Assembly (NCBI GenBank): GCA_963793425.1
Contig: CAWCAG010000007.1
Coordinates: forward strand, 448,001-512,000
From: an uncultured cyanobacterium
Lineage (GTDB): Bacteria > Cyanobacteriota > Cyanobacteriia > Cyanobacteriales > CAWCAG01
Length of the DNA: 64,000 nucleotides
Direction of reading: 5' to 3'
Shown here: in pieces, positions 19,726 through 30,682 of the stretch
How positions within the stretch are numbered: position 1 is the first letter of the stretch
Layout of the letters: each line of letters opens with the position of its first letter
The notes under the pieces: model-generated
What the model was told of the DNA's origin: nothing
The model's input: only the letters and a program-made list of their open reading frames with translations
Database searches by the model: none
Position numbers and translations under genes: made by a program

Positions 19726-21444
19726 ATGTCCGAACGACCCCAACAGCAACCGCAAAGCACATCAACTTTAGAAGAAATTCGCACCACGCGCTTAGCCAAA
19801 GTTGAACAGCTTAAAGAGGCAGGATTAGTTCCCTATGCTTATCGATGGCGCTCTTCTGCTACTGCTGCCCAATTACAGGAAAAATATCAGGATTTGTCTA
19901 ATGGTGAAGAAGTAGAAGCCCAAGTAGCGATCGCTGGTAGAATTCTTGCCCGTCGGGTATTTGGTAAATTAGCCTTCTTTAACCTCCAAGATGAAACAGG
20001 TACTATTCAGCTTTACTTAGATAAAAAGCGTATTCAAGCTGAAATGTCTGATCTAGATAACCCCTTTAACCTCTTAAAAAAGCTCACTGACGTAGGGGAT
20101 ATTATTGGTGTTACAGGAACCATCAAACGTACCGAAAAAGGGGAACTCTCGGTATATGTAAGGGAGTATACTATGCTCACCAAATCTTTACTACCTTTAC
20201 CAGATAAGTGGCACGGGCTAACAGACACAGAAAAGCGCTATCGTCAGCGTTATGTAGATTTAATTGTGAACCCAGCCGTGCGAGAAACCTTCCGCCGCCG
20301 CGCCAAAATTACCGCTGCAATACGCCGTTATTTGGAAAAAGAAGGCTTCTTGGAAGTAGAAACTCCTGTATTGCAAGGAGAAGCAGGAGGGGCAGATGCC
20401 CGCCCCTTCGTTACTTACCACAACACCTTAGAAATGGAGTTGTACCTACGCATTGCTACAGAATTGCACCTCAAGCGGTTAATCGTGGGGGGGTTTGAGA
20501 AAGTTTTTGAAATGGGCAGAATTTTCCGTAATGAAGGAATTTCTACCCGTCACAACCCAGAATTCACTTCCATCGAACTTTATCAAGCTTACGCTGACTA
20601 CAACGATATGATGGAGTTAACAGAAGATTTAATTTGTACTGTCGCCCAAGAAGTTTTAGGAACTTTAGAAATTAGTTATCAAGGTACAACTGTTAATTTG
20701 CAAAAACCTTGGCAACGGGTAACCATGCAGGATTTGGTTAAGGAGAAAACAGGTTTAGATTTCAGTAAATTTGCAGATTTTGCTACAGCAAAAATAGCTG
20801 CCGAGTCATCTGGCATTGAAATTCCTCATGACTGTCAAACCTTGGGAAAATTGCTTAATGAAGCTTTTGAACAAAAGGTAGAATCAACTTTAGTTCAGCC
20901 AACTTTTGTAATGGACTTCCCTGTAGAAATTTCTCCTTTAGCTAAGCCCCACCGTTCCCAAACTGGTTTAGTAGAAAGGTTTGAACTCTATGCTACAGGT
21001 AGGGAATTAGCTAACAGCTTTTCTGAATTAACTGATCCTTTAGATCAGCGTCAAAGATTGGAAGCACAGGCTGCTAAAAAAGCGGCTGGAGATTTGGAGG
21101 CACAGGGTGTAGATGAGGATTTCCTTGCTGCCCTAGAATATGGAATGCCTCCTACAGGAGGATTAGGTATTGGTATTGATCGTTTAGTCATGCTGTTAAC
21201 TGATGCGGCGAGTATTCGGGATGTAATTGCTTTTCCTCTACTCAAAAATACCAGTGCGGTAATTAGTTCTTTTGACTACGATAGCGAAAAGAAACTCCTC
21301 AAAGTTGAGTTTAGCAATGACAGTAGTTATAAGTACCATGACGTACCGGAGGATATTTACCAAGGCTTAAAAAATACTCCTTCTTTAGGGGTGTATTTTA
21401 ATACTCATATCCGCGATAAATTTGGCTGCGATCGCTTGGTATAG
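19726..21444 (+). CDS. lysS: Lysine--tRNA ligase (class II) with a C-terminal KTSC domain
   Basis: [34 protein letters not shown], then a KTSC tail. Confidence 0.97.
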   Translation: MSERPQQQPQSTSTLEEIRTTRLAKVEQLKEAGLVPYAYRWRSSATAAQLQEKYQDLSNGEEVEAQVAIAGRILARRVFGKLAFFNLQDETGTIQLYLDKKRIQAEMSDLDNPFNLLKKLTDVGDIIGVTGTIKRTEKGELSVYVREYTMLTKSLLPLPDKWHGLTDTEKRYRQRYVDLIVNPAVRETFRRRAKITAAIRRYLEKEGFLEVETPVLQGEAGGADARPFVTYHNTLEMELYLRIATELHLKRLIVGGFEKVFEMGRIFRNEGISTRHNPEFTSIELYQAYADYNDMMELTEDLICTVAQEVLGTLEISYQGTTVNLQKPWQRVTMQDLVKEKTGLDFSKFADFATAKIAAESSGIEIPHDCQTLGKLLNEAFEQKVESTLVQPTFVMDFPVEISPLAKPHRSQTGLVERFELYATGRELANSFSELTDPLDQRQRLEAQAAKKAAGDLEAQGVDEDFLAALEYGMPPTGGLGIGIDRLVMLLTDAASIRDVIAFPLLKNTSAVISSFDYDSEKKLLKVEFSNDSSYKYHDVPEDIYQGLKNTPSLGVYFNTHIRDKFGCDRLV

Positions 21445-21462
21445 GTTAAAGTAAAAACAACG

Positions 21463-21502
21463 AAATCCCTTACTATGGATAGTTGATTTAGTAAGGGATT
21501 TT
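21463..21502. terminator. Hairpin between convergent lysS and the ComFB gene
   Basis: AAATCCCTTACTA...TAGTAAGGGATTT. Confidence 0.72.
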
Positions 21503-21549
21503 ATTCTTTTAAGTTGATGCTTGACAACTTATCACCTTGAGAGGATTTT

Positions 21550-22095
21550 TCAATCCTTATTCAAATCGGGCTGCTGTTCATAATTGGATGCCAAATTTTT
21601 CAGTAAACCATTCACTTGCTGAAGTAATTCTCCACCTGAACTTGTAGCAATAGGTTTTCCTAAACTAGGACGATTCATGCTTAAAGCGATCGCCTCACTT
21701 ACTTGCTGACTAATCAACCCTTGAAGCTCTTCTTTGGCGCGTTGGCGCTGATATTCGGCTCCTTCTTCAGTAGTAGCATAAAGGGGAACTAGACGATTTA
21801 AAGCATAAGCTGCAATATCTCCCACATCTAAAACCTGGTCGCTAGTAGCTTCAATTTCAGCAACGCGGGTTATGGCTTCGCTTAAAACCAATTCTTCCAT
21901 CACGTTAATAAATTGCTTGCGAGGCACTGCGACTACATCACCGGTTAACAGTGAACCCATGAGTCTGTCTAATGCCATGTATTCTTCAATGGACAGCGCA
22001 GATGCTGTATCGCAGATTCTGCCTACTTCTGCTTCCATAGTAGGCGTAAGATATCCATCTTTTAAGGCTTGCTCTACGATTTTTTCTATACTCAT
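21550..22095 (-). CDS. ComFB-family protein (late competence development / c-di-NMP receptor family)
   Basis: FINVMEELV...DIAAYALNRLVPLYATTEEG; the ATG at 22095 (MSIEK) is preferred. Confidence 0.85.
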   Translation of the reverse strand: MSIEKIVEQALKDGYLTPTMEAEVGRICDTASALSIEEYMALDRLMGSLLTGDVVAVPRKQFINVMEELVLSEAITRVAEIEATSDQVLDVGDIAAYALNRLVPLYATTEEGAEYQRQRAKEELQGLISQQVSEAIALSMNRPSLGKPIATSSGGELLQQVNGLLKNLASNYEQQPDLNKD

Positions 22096-22447
22096 AGTGT
22101 CACAGTGCTTGGCGGCGTCAATACTAGAAAGTTCTAGGATTTTATTTTTACAAAAAAACACGAACTCAGAAAATTTAACGGAAATTCAAGAAGCTTAACC
22201 AAGCTTGCTTGTGGGCAACTAAGTATATTTGCTACTGTTGCTACCTATTTTACCTTTTATCCTTCCTCTGAATTGTAACCTTTATAGATGTATCATACTG
22301 CTAACGAATGTTTTCATTAGAGTAGCTTGCTTTATTCTTTGAGTTATCCTCAGAATTTACTCAACACAAACAAATCGCCATGTTATAGGATCTACGGCTC
22401 AATAGTAAACAGATAAACTTATAGTATTCACATAAGATAACTGAAAA

Positions 22448-22660
22448 TTATCCTTTAGCCTGAAGATAAGCGATCGCTTGCCGCCAAACTATAGTAGATT
22501 GTTCACTTTCATCAGCTAAACAGAGACATTGATTATCTTGCCAAATAAGTTTGCCTATCATGACATCATTAGTAATAAGTTTGATTTCTACTTTTTGTTG
22601 CTCTTTGATGAAACCCTGAACATTACGGATGCTAGGCAAGCCAGTATCAAATTTTTCCAT
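22448..22660 (-). CDS. hfq: Cyanobacterial Hfq (Sm-like protein)
   Basis: FDTGLPSIRNVQGFIK...VEIKLITND...WQD...WRQAIAYL; divergent from dapF. Confidence 0.9.
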   Translation of the reverse strand: MEKFDTGLPSIRNVQGFIKEQQKVEIKLITNDVMIGKLIWQDNQCLCLADESEQSTIVWRQAIAYLQAKG

Positions 22661-22743
22661 AACTTAAGAAATTCTAGTAACTAAAGACTGGTTGTAAAAA
22701 TCACCAAATTCAGCTTACCCTTTTTTGTTAAGGAGAGATTACC

Positions 22744-23619
22744 ATGAAAAAACAATTTACTAAATATCATGGCTTGGGGAATGATTTTATCTTAGTAGAT
22801 AACCGCCAAAATCCAGAGCCAGTTATCACCCCCCAACAAGCAATGCAGATGTGCGATCGCCATTTTGGTATTGGCGCAGATGGGGTGATTTTTGCCCTTC
22901 CAGGACAAGATACCACTGATTACACCATGCGAATTTATAATTCTGATGGTTCCGAGCCAGAAATGTGTGGTAACGGCATTCGCTGTTTGGCTAAATTCAT
23001 TGCTGCTTTAGAAGGCTGTGAAAAAGATGGGAGCGGAAAATCCTACCGTATCCACACCTTGGCAGGAGTAATGATCCCCACCATTGAAGAAAATGGTGAA
23101 GTTACCGTGGATATGGGATTACCCCAATTGATGGCAGCAGAAATTCCCACAACAATTTGTTCTGGAGAGCAAAAAGTGATCGACCACACCTTAGCTGTTG
23201 CTGGGGCTAACTGGTCAGTTACCTGTGTTAGTATGGGCAACCCCCACTGTATTACCTTTGTTGAAGATACCCAAGCCATTGCCTTAGAAAAGATTGGGCC
23301 TCAGTTTGAGCATCATGCTGCCTTCCCCCAGCGTACCAACACCGAATTCATCCAAATTGTACGACCAGACTACCTTAAAATGCGAGTTTGGGAAAGAGGG
23401 GCTGGGATCACCTTAGCTTGTGGTACAGGAGCTTGTGCTAGCGTAGTAGCTGGAGTTCTTAATCATAAATGCGCTCGCCGTTGTACAGTGGAACTTCCGG
23501 GGGGTTGTTTAAGAATTCATTGGTCAGAGTTAGACCAAAGAGTTTATATGAGCGGGGCAGCAACGAAAGTATTTACAGGTAATTATCTTCTCAACCAGCC
23601 AAACCATGAGAAACTATAA
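22744..23619 (+). CDS. dapF: Diaminopimelate epimerase
   Basis: [37 protein letters not shown]. Confidence 0.97.
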   Translation: MKKQFTKYHGLGNDFILVDNRQNPEPVITPQQAMQMCDRHFGIGADGVIFALPGQDTTDYTMRIYNSDGSEPEMCGNGIRCLAKFIAALEGCEKDGSGKSYRIHTLAGVMIPTIEENGEVTVDMGLPQLMAAEIPTTICSGEQKVIDHTLAVAGANWSVTCVSMGNPHCITFVEDTQAIALEKIGPQFEHHAAFPQRTNTEFIQIVRPDYLKMRVWERGAGITLACGTGACASVVAGVLNHKCARRCTVELPGGCLRIHWSELDQRVYMSGAATKVFTGNYLLNQPNHEKL

Positions 23620-23665
23620 CCATGAGTGGCGATCAACTTTTAACCAGTAGCAAGGGAGAATGTGA

Positions 23666-24811
23666 ATGAGCGGAGGCGTATACCTCATTCAGGAGGAAGA
23701 CCAACTGGTTGAAATGGCTGAAAAACCCTATGACTCGGAAGCTTTGCTGCAAGAGTTACTAGAGAGTAACCCTAGTCTACTAGCTGTAGACCGCAAAGAA
23801 CAGGTAGCTTTGAAGCACTGGCTTTTGGTTAAACGTAGCGCCGCCAGTAACACGGAAGACACAATATCCGAACGCTGGTCACTCAACCATTTATTTCTTG
23901 ATCAGCAAGCTATTCCCACCTTGGTAGAAGTTAAGAGCAGTGATGACTCTAGCGTTCGTAGAGCAGCTATCGGCCAAATGCTTGATTATGCTGCTAATGC
24001 TTCAGTTTATTGGCCAGTTGAATCAATTTTGACCCAGTTTGAAGCTAACTGCCGGGATCAAAATCGTGACCCAGAAGATGTCTTTGAATCTTTTTTGGGG
24101 ATCAATGCTGATGAAGAGAAATTTTGGCAACAGGTTAAAACTAATTTTCAGGCGGGGAAAGTTCGCCTCATTTTCGTAGCTGATCATATTTCGGCTGAAT
24201 TGCAGCGAGTAGTAGAGTTTCTTAATAAACAAATGGACCCAGCGGAAATTCTCGCCCTGGAAATCAAGCAGTATGCTAGCCAAAATTATGAACTTAAAAC
24301 TTTAGTTTGTAAAGTTATTGGCCAAACAGCAGAAGCCCAACAGAGGAAGACTAGGACAACTCTTGATCGCAGACAGTGGGATGAAAATTCTTTCTTTGCT
24401 GAATACGAAATTAGGTACGGTAAGGATGAAGCAGATATTGCCAAGAAGATTTACCTGTGGGCCATTAACCAAGAGCCAAATATGGTCGTACAATGGGTAA
24501 CAGGAGATGCTTACGGAGGCTTTGCCGTAAAGCTTCCTAGCGAAGGGAAGAAAGAGAGTAAACTATTTTTTGTCGGCATTGATGGGGCCCTAGAAATTTC
24601 CTCTGATGCCTACGCAGATTTGCCGCCTTTTGATAATCAAAATGAGTGGTTAGAATTAAGAAACCAACTCAGTTCTATCGGTTTGGCGCTACCTACAGAA
24701 CCTAGTCAAAGAAGATTACCCAACTTTTTATTGTCCACATTGCCAGACGGAGAAAATCTTGCTCAGGTGTTGACAACATTTGATTGGGTGGTTAGCAAAG
24801 TTGATTTTTGA
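23666..24811 (+). CDS. NucS/PD-(D/E)xK nuclease-like protein, apparently missing the catalytic Asp
   Basis: SEALLQELL...WSLNHLFLD...PTLVEVK...GQMLDYAA...RLIFVAD. Confidence 0.6.
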   Translation: MSGGVYLIQEEDQLVEMAEKPYDSEALLQELLESNPSLLAVDRKEQVALKHWLLVKRSAASNTEDTISERWSLNHLFLDQQAIPTLVEVKSSDDSSVRRAAIGQMLDYAANASVYWPVESILTQFEANCRDQNRDPEDVFESFLGINADEEKFWQQVKTNFQAGKVRLIFVADHISAELQRVVEFLNKQMDPAEILALEIKQYASQNYELKTLVCKVIGQTAEAQQRKTRTTLDRRQWDENSFFAEYEIRYGKDEADIAKKIYLWAINQEPNMVVQWVTGDAYGGFAVKLPSEGKKESKLFFVGIDGALEISSDAYADLPPFDNQNEWLELRNQLSSIGLALPTEPSQRRLPNFLLSTLPDGENLAQVLTTFDWVVSKVDF

Positions 24812-24941
24812 GTTGAAAAATGAGTAATGCCTTTAAACATTAAACATTTATTCAGATTATTCTTTACATTTAAGCTAAATCCAGCTAGAAAAATTAATCA
24901 CAACTAAATCTCTACTGATTTTTAAGAAATGGTATAAACTA

Positions 24942-26741
24942 ATGCTGCTTGATAATCATCATCAGTTCTCTTTTCGTGCAACTATTAGTCTTATCTTACT
25001 TTTTTGTAGCTTCACCTTAGTTACCTGTAAAAAGCAGCCTGAAGAAATGAAAGCATCAACGGAAACACTGCTTAGTGATCCTTTCTTGCAACTACCCCAA
25101 CAAGATTCTGTGCGAGTGGTTTGGTTTACTGAATTTGAGGGTTCCCGTCACTATGTCAGTTATGGAGAAGATACTCAAAAGCAAGTAGAGGCTACCACAA
25201 CAAAGCTAACTCATTTGCAAGAAGACCAAAAATCTTTGGTTGGGGAACAAACAGAAGAAGGTCAGATTTATCAAAAACCTCAAAAGCGAGATATTTGGCG
25301 ACATGAAGCAGAAGTTACAGGCTTGAAACCGAATACTTCTCAACCTTACTTCGTTAGTAGTGTAGATGCAGAAGGAGGGGTAGTTAGCAGCGAAACCTTT
25401 ACCCTTGCTTCCAAGCCTCAACCGGGAACTCCTCTCAAAATTCTCCTCACCTCAGACCATCAATCAAAACCAATGGTGGCTGCTAACTTAGAAAAAGTAG
25501 AAGAAACTATCGGCAAAGTCGATGGTATTTTTTTCGCGGGGGATTTAGTTAACATTCCTGATCGTGCTTCGGAATGGTTTGATGATAATCGTGGGGGAGC
25601 TTTTTTTCCTGCCCTTCAGGGACGTGCTAGTTATGAGTTAACTACCAGTGGTAGTCCCACCCCCTATCAAGGTGGGCAATTAATTCAAAATGCTCCTTTG
25701 TATACAGCTATTGGTAATCATGAGGTTATGGGGCGTAGGGATGGTGATTTAGACTTAAATCAGCAATTTGAGGCTACTTTACCCCGTTTCATCGCTGAAA
25801 AAACTTACTTACGGCAAAAAGTAAGAGTTAATCCTCAAAATGATTCTCAAATTAAAGAAGCCTGGATTAAAAGCAATTCTTTCAATACCGAAACTTATCA
25901 AGAACTTTTTACTTTACCTATTAGTAAATCAGGACAAGAAAAGTATTATGCTGTCACTTTTGGCGATGTCCGTTTAGTTGTTTTATATGCCACGAGAATT
26001 TGGAGAGTACCTGGTTTAAATCCGAAGAAAAAAGGCAAGTATCGAGAGACAGAAGAAGATGTGAATAGTCCTCAGCAATGGGGTTATGGACAACATATTT
26101 TTGAACCAATTCAAGAAGGTTCAAATCAGTATCAATGGTTGAAGTCGGAATTACAGAGTCCTGAATTTAATCAGGCCAAATATAAAATAGTTATGTTTCA
26201 TCATCCTCCCCATAGCTTAGGAGAAAATGTCATTCCTGCTTATACAGATCCTGTACAAATAGTTGAGCGCGATGAGGAGGAAGAAGTTACTGCGGTACGC
26301 TACGAGTATCCCCAAGATCAAGACCATTTGCTCCGAGATATTGTACCTTTATTAGAAAAAGCAGGGGTGCAGCTTGTTCATTATGGCCATTCCCATTTGT
26401 GGAATCGTTTTGTTGGCCCTAAAGGTATGCACTTTTTAGAAACTTCTAATGTGGGTAATAGCTACGGAGCTTATTTAGGTGATAAGAAGCGTAAAATACC
26501 TAAAGATTATCAAGAAAATTATGTAGCTACAGGTAATCCTGGTGGCTTGGAACCTGTAGTTCCTAATCTTGCTCCTTTAAAAGATGAGGCCGGAAAAGCT
26601 TTACCTTATATTGCTAGTAACGAAATTACGGTGTTTAGTATCTTGGATACAGGGAAAGGTACGGTGACTAGCTACTATTTTGATACTCGTAAACCGGAAT
26701 CAGAAGTTGTTGAGTTTGATCAGTTTTCTCTCTTAAAATAG
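24942..26741 (+). CDS. Exported purple-acid-phosphatase-like metallophosphoesterase with an N-terminal FN3-like domain
   Basis: Hydrophobic leader ending LVTC; SDHQ, AGDLV, GNHE, MFHHP, GHSH. Confidence 0.88.
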   Translation: MLLDNHHQFSFRATISLILLFCSFTLVTCKKQPEEMKASTETLLSDPFLQLPQQDSVRVVWFTEFEGSRHYVSYGEDTQKQVEATTTKLTHLQEDQKSLVGEQTEEGQIYQKPQKRDIWRHEAEVTGLKPNTSQPYFVSSVDAEGGVVSSETFTLASKPQPGTPLKILLTSDHQSKPMVAANLEKVEETIGKVDGIFFAGDLVNIPDRASEWFDDNRGGAFFPALQGRASYELTTSGSPTPYQGGQLIQNAPLYTAIGNHEVMGRRDGDLDLNQQFEATLPRFIAEKTYLRQKVRVNPQNDSQIKEAWIKSNSFNTETYQELFTLPISKSGQEKYYAVTFGDVRLVVLYATRIWRVPGLNPKKKGKYRETEEDVNSPQQWGYGQHIFEPIQEGSNQYQWLKSELQSPEFNQAKYKIVMFHHPPHSLGENVIPAYTDPVQIVERDEEEEVTAVRYEYPQDQDHLLRDIVPLLEKAGVQLVHYGHSHLWNRFVGPKGMHFLETSNVGNSYGAYLGDKKRKIPKDYQENYVATGNPGGLEPVVPNLAPLKDEAGKALPYIASNEITVFSILDTGKGTVTSYYFDTRKPESEVVEFDQFSLLK

Positions 26742-26824
26742 GAATATATTTCTGGCTGCATTTTCAATAATATGTCGTTTGAAAATGATAAATATTAAAT
26801 ATTAAATGTTAAATGGCATAAACC

Positions 26825-27907
26825 ATGGCTGCCGATCGTCTTCTTTCTAGTTATAATTACTTCTTACCAGAAGAACTTATTGCTCAAACACCTGCTGTTC
26901 CTAGAGATAGTTCTCGTTTACTGGTAGTTGAGTCTCCCACAACTCACCATCATAGCTGCTTCAAAGATTTAAGGGAGTGGTTACGTCCTGGGGATCTCTT
27001 AATTCTCAACAATACCCGCGTAATTCCTGCTCGTCTTTACGGTAACAAGTCTACAGGCGCTCCGGTGGAGGTTTTATTATTACAAGAAGAAGCAGATAAT
27101 ATTTGGCTGGCTTTGGTTAAACCAGGTAAGCGTTTCAAACTAGGAACGGAGATTATTTTTACTCCTCAACAAGAAAATGAAGAAAATCTCTTTTTAAAGG
27201 CTAAGGTAATTGAGCGCGATGTTGCTACAGGAGGAAGAAAGCTACAGTTTTATTTTCCTTCTCAATACAATTTTACAGAAATTCTTGCTAAATTTGGTCA
27301 TCTTCCTTTACCTCCTTATATAACCTCCGAAGCATCTCAACCAGGTCAATATCAAACGGTTTATGCTCAACAACCTGGGGCAGTAGCAGCCCCCACAGCA
27401 GGTTTACACTTCACTGAAGAGCTTTTGCAGAGCTTAACAGACGACGGTATTAAACAAGCTTATCTAACTTTGCACGTCGGAGTAGGGACATTTCGTCCTG
27501 TGGAAGTTGAAGACGTTACCACCCACAAAATGCATCAAGAATGGGTAGAAGTTCCCCCAGTTACTATAGAAGCTATCAAAGAAACGAAAACTCGTGGCGG
27601 TCGTATTATTGCTGTGGGGACAACGGTGGTACGAGCCTTAGAAGGTGCTGCTGCTGAGACTGAGACTAGCATTATAGAGCCTTTTTGCGGTCAAACAGAC
27701 TTATTTATTTATCCAGGTTATTCTTTCAAGGTAGTAGAGGGCATAATTACCAATTTTCACTTACCTGGTTCTAGTTTGCTAATGTTGGTAGCTGCTTTAA
27801 TAGGGCGCGATCGCTTATTTACTTTGTATGAGGAGGCGATCGCCGAGCAATATCGCTTCTACTCTTTTGGTGATGCGATGTTAATTTTACCTGAAGCAGT
27901 TATCTAA
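26825..27907 (+). CDS. queA: SAM:tRNA ribosyltransferase-isomerase
   Basis: LPEELIAQ, NNTRVIPARL, PLPPYI, AAPTAGLHF, TNFHLP, YRFYSFGDAM. Confidence 0.97.
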   Translation: MAADRLLSSYNYFLPEELIAQTPAVPRDSSRLLVVESPTTHHHSCFKDLREWLRPGDLLILNNTRVIPARLYGNKSTGAPVEVLLLQEEADNIWLALVKPGKRFKLGTEIIFTPQQENEENLFLKAKVIERDVATGGRKLQFYFPSQYNFTEILAKFGHLPLPPYITSEASQPGQYQTVYAQQPGAVAAPTAGLHFTEELLQSLTDDGIKQAYLTLHVGVGTFRPVEVEDVTTHKMHQEWVEVPPVTIEAIKETKTRGGRIIAVGTTVVRALEGAAAETETSIIEPFCGQTDLFIYPGYSFKVVEGIITNFHLPGSSLLMLVAALIGRDRLFTLYEEAIAEQYRFYSFGDAMLILPEAVI

Positions 27908-27940
27908 ATTATTCTTTATCAGTGTTTGGTATTGCGCTTT

Positions 27941-29623
27941 ATGTTATCAGGGAAAGCAAAAACTCTTTTTATCCAAGCTGGATTTTTTCTTCTTACTCTC
28001 TTGTTGGGAGGAATTCAAGCTTGGAATCACCGTTACAATTTATCTACTGGAGATGCTGTTTCTTACTTAGATATTGGTGATGCTTATTGGCGCGGTAATT
28101 TTTCAGCAGCGATTAATGATTATTTTAGTCCTCTTTATTGTTGGATTTTAGGCTTTTTTATTAAAGTAATTAGTCCGGGAATTTACTGGGAGTTTTTAAC
28201 TGTAAAAATTGCCAATTTATTTATTCTTTCCTGTGGCTTTTTGGCTTTTAGCTTTTTTCTAAAAGAATTTATTTATTACTACGAAGCCAAAGTTAACCAA
28301 GGAGAAACCAAAAAATATCTACAAATTCCTCAATGGATTTGGTTGATATTAGGATATAGCTTATTTATCTGGTCAAGCTTGCAATGGATTGGCGTTGACA
28401 ACGACACTCCTGATATGTGTGTCGCGACGATAACTTATTTAGCCGCAGGTCTAATTTTAAAAATCTATACTCGCTCCGATAGTTGGTACAATTTCCTCTT
28501 CCTTGGAGTAACTTTAGGAGTTGGCTATTTAGCAAAAGCAATCATGTTTCCTATGGCTTTGATTTTTCTGGGAACTTGCTTTTTCTGTATTGGTAGTTTG
28601 CGTCGTACCTGGGGAAGAATTATTTTGGCCACCCTGATTTTTATAGTTGTTGCTGGGCCTTTTATTTTTGCTATCTCCCAAAAATCAGGTAGTTTCACCT
28701 TTGGGAGTGCCGGGAAACTCAACTATGCTTGGAACATAAGTCATAATATCGGTGGTCATCATTGGCAAGGGAAGCCTTCTGGTAGTGGAACCCCACAACA
28801 TCCTACCAGGGTCATTTTTGCTGAGCCAACAGTTTATGAATTTGCTACACCAATCGCCGGGACTTATCCTCCTTGGCATGATCCCTCTTATTGGAATGCA
28901 GGATTACAACCCAAACCTAATCTCCCCCGCCAAATAGCTGAGGTAGTTAGTCATAGTTGGGAATACTATCAAATTTTTGGTAAATACTTACTTTTTGGCT
29001 ACTTAATCTTCATTATTGCTAGTGGCAACTTTTGGGTTCAAGGGCGAGAATTACTGAAAAACTGGCCATTATATATTCCTGCCTGTGCTGGCTTAGGAGC
29101 ATTACTTTTAGTTCATGTTAGACCAAGATTGATAGCTAGTTTTGTGGTACTTTTATTTGCTGCTGTTTTTGGTAGTTTACGCTTACCTAACAATCCCCAA
29201 GTAAAAAGATTTGTGATTGGCATTACTCTAGGAGTTTGCTTATTGACTCTTAGCAGCTTAAGTAATATCTCAGATATTGCTGGAGAACCTATTCATTGGA
29301 AAATAGCCCAAGGTTTAGAAAAATTAGGAGTTACAAATGGAGAACAAATTGCTATTTTAGGGAAATATGGAGATGGTAGTTCCTATTATTGGGCTAGATT
29401 AGCAAAGGTAAAGATAGTTGTGGAAATTCCAGAAATTGCTAGTTTTTGGGATGCAGACTCTACCACCCAGAAACAAATCTATCAAGAGGTAAAAGATGCA
29501 GGAGCAAAGCTAATTGTTCAAGAAGTTGGTACAAAACCTTCTGAAGATAGTAATTGGCAACAAATCAGTAATACTAACTGCTACCTCCATTTCTTAACCA
29601 AACCTCAAAACCTTGAATCATGA
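27941..29623 (+). CDS. Polytopic membrane protein, GT-C (ArnT/PMT-like) glycosyltransferase candidate
   Basis: About 12 hydrophobic helices, first-loop acidic motif GDAVSYLDIG, SPLY, TPD, GYLAK; start uncertain (27926 or 27941). Confidence 0.65.
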   Translation: MLSGKAKTLFIQAGFFLLTLLLGGIQAWNHRYNLSTGDAVSYLDIGDAYWRGNFSAAINDYFSPLYCWILGFFIKVISPGIYWEFLTVKIANLFILSCGFLAFSFFLKEFIYYYEAKVNQGETKKYLQIPQWIWLILGYSLFIWSSLQWIGVDNDTPDMCVATITYLAAGLILKIYTRSDSWYNFLFLGVTLGVGYLAKAIMFPMALIFLGTCFFCIGSLRRTWGRIILATLIFIVVAGPFIFAISQKSGSFTFGSAGKLNYAWNISHNIGGHHWQGKPSGSGTPQHPTRVIFAEPTVYEFATPIAGTYPPWHDPSYWNAGLQPKPNLPRQIAEVVSHSWEYYQIFGKYLLFGYLIFIIASGNFWVQGRELLKNWPLYIPACAGLGALLLVHVRPRLIASFVVLLFAAVFGSLRLPNNPQVKRFVIGITLGVCLLTLSSLSNISDIAGEPIHWKIAQGLEKLGVTNGEQIAILGKYGDGSSYYWARLAKVKIVVEIPEIASFWDADSTTQKQIYQEVKDAGAKLIVQEVGTKPSEDSNWQQISNTNCYLHFLTKPQNLES

Positions 29624-30582
29624 CCAAATTGATTATTCAAATTCCTTGCTATAACGAGGAAGCAACTCTGGGACTAACTCTTTCAGAATTACCTCGCCAA
29701 GTTCCAGGGGTGGATACTGTAGAGTGGTTAATTATCAATGATGGTAGCGTAGACCAGACTGTGGAGGTTGCTACAGATAATGGTGTAGACCATGTTGTTA
29801 GCTTCACCCATAACCAAGGTTTAGCCAAAGGCTTTATGGCAGGTATAGAAGCTTGTCTTAAAGAAGGGGCGGATATTATTGTTAATACCGATGCAGATAA
29901 TCAATACTGTGCTGCGGATATTCCTAGGTTAGTTGAACCAATCCTGAGAGGGGAAGCAGATATGGTGATTGGTGCAAGACCGATAAAAAGTATTAAACAT
30001 TTTTCCCCTATTAAAAAGTTCTTACAAAAATTAGGTAGTTGGGCAGTAAGGGTGGCGAGTAATACTAAAGTAGCCGATGCCCCTAGTGGTTTCCGCGCTA
30101 TTAGTCGCAAAGCAGCTTTGGAGTTGAATGTTTTTAATGAATATACCTACACCTTAGAAACCATTATTCAAGCTGGGCAAAAGGGCATGGCGGTGGTTTC
30201 AGTGCCGATTCGAACTAATGGTTTCTTGCGTCCTTCGCGCCTAGTTAAGAGCATTTTCGCCTATGTTAGGCGTTCTTTGTTCACTATTATTAGAATCTTT
30301 CTAACCTATCGACCCCTACAGTTTTTTACCCTCCTAGCTAGTGTTCCAGCTTTTTTAGGTTTTCTACTTTGTGTACGTTGGTTAATCCTGTTTATTTTTG
30401 TAGATGGGACTAGAGGTAGAGTCCCTAGCTTGCTATTAGCAGCAGTTTTAATTCTCGTTGCCTTTCAACTGCTGTTATTTGGTTTTATCGCCGACTTGAT
30501 GGCTGTTAATCGTAAGATGCTCGAAGATGTGCAGCTAAGGTTACGAAAAGCCGAAATAGAAAGAAGTCGAAAAAGAGGCTAG
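29620..30582 (+). CDS. GT2 glycosyltransferase, polyprenol-phosphate sugar synthase-like
   Basis: IPCYNEE, INDGSVD, NTDADNQY, SGFRA and two C-terminal TM helices; ATGA overlap with the upstream gene. Confidence 0.9.
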   Translation: MTKLIIQIPCYNEEATLGLTLSELPRQVPGVDTVEWLIINDGSVDQTVEVATDNGVDHVVSFTHNQGLAKGFMAGIEACLKEGADIIVNTDADNQYCAADIPRLVEPILRGEADMVIGARPIKSIKHFSPIKKFLQKLGSWAVRVASNTKVADAPSGFRAISRKAALELNVFNEYTYTLETIIQAGQKGMAVVSVPIRTNGFLRPSRLVKSIFAYVRRSLFTIIRIFLTYRPLQFFTLLASVPAFLGFLLCVRWLILFIFVDGTRGRVPSLLLAAVLILVAFQLLLFGFIADLMAVNRKMLEDVQLRLRKAEIERSRKRG

Positions 30583-30632
30583 TCTCTAGTTGCTGAAAAA
30601 ATTATAGCCCCATCATTTTTAGTAAACAACTA

Positions 30633-30667
30633 CTCCCTGCTCCCTGCTCCCTGCTCCCTGCTCCCTG
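30633..30667. repeat. Heptamer tandem repeat (CTCCCTG)5, STRR-like
   Basis: Five exact copies are directly visible. Confidence 0.9.
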
Positions 30668-30682
30668 CTCCCCCCAACTAAT

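Noticed and set aside
26825..30582. queA followed by a GT2 gene as a queuosine-glycosylation system
   Set aside because: The GT2 has C-terminal TM helices and GT-C-like partners, which points to envelope glycosylation; the adjacency is probably incidental
30633..30667. Short tandem repeats (also near 1933, 26789, 40641, 42086, 43372 and 50288) as a CRISPR array
   Set aside because: The units are 7-8 bp with no spacers and no cas genes; these are ordinary cyanobacterial STRR-like repeats
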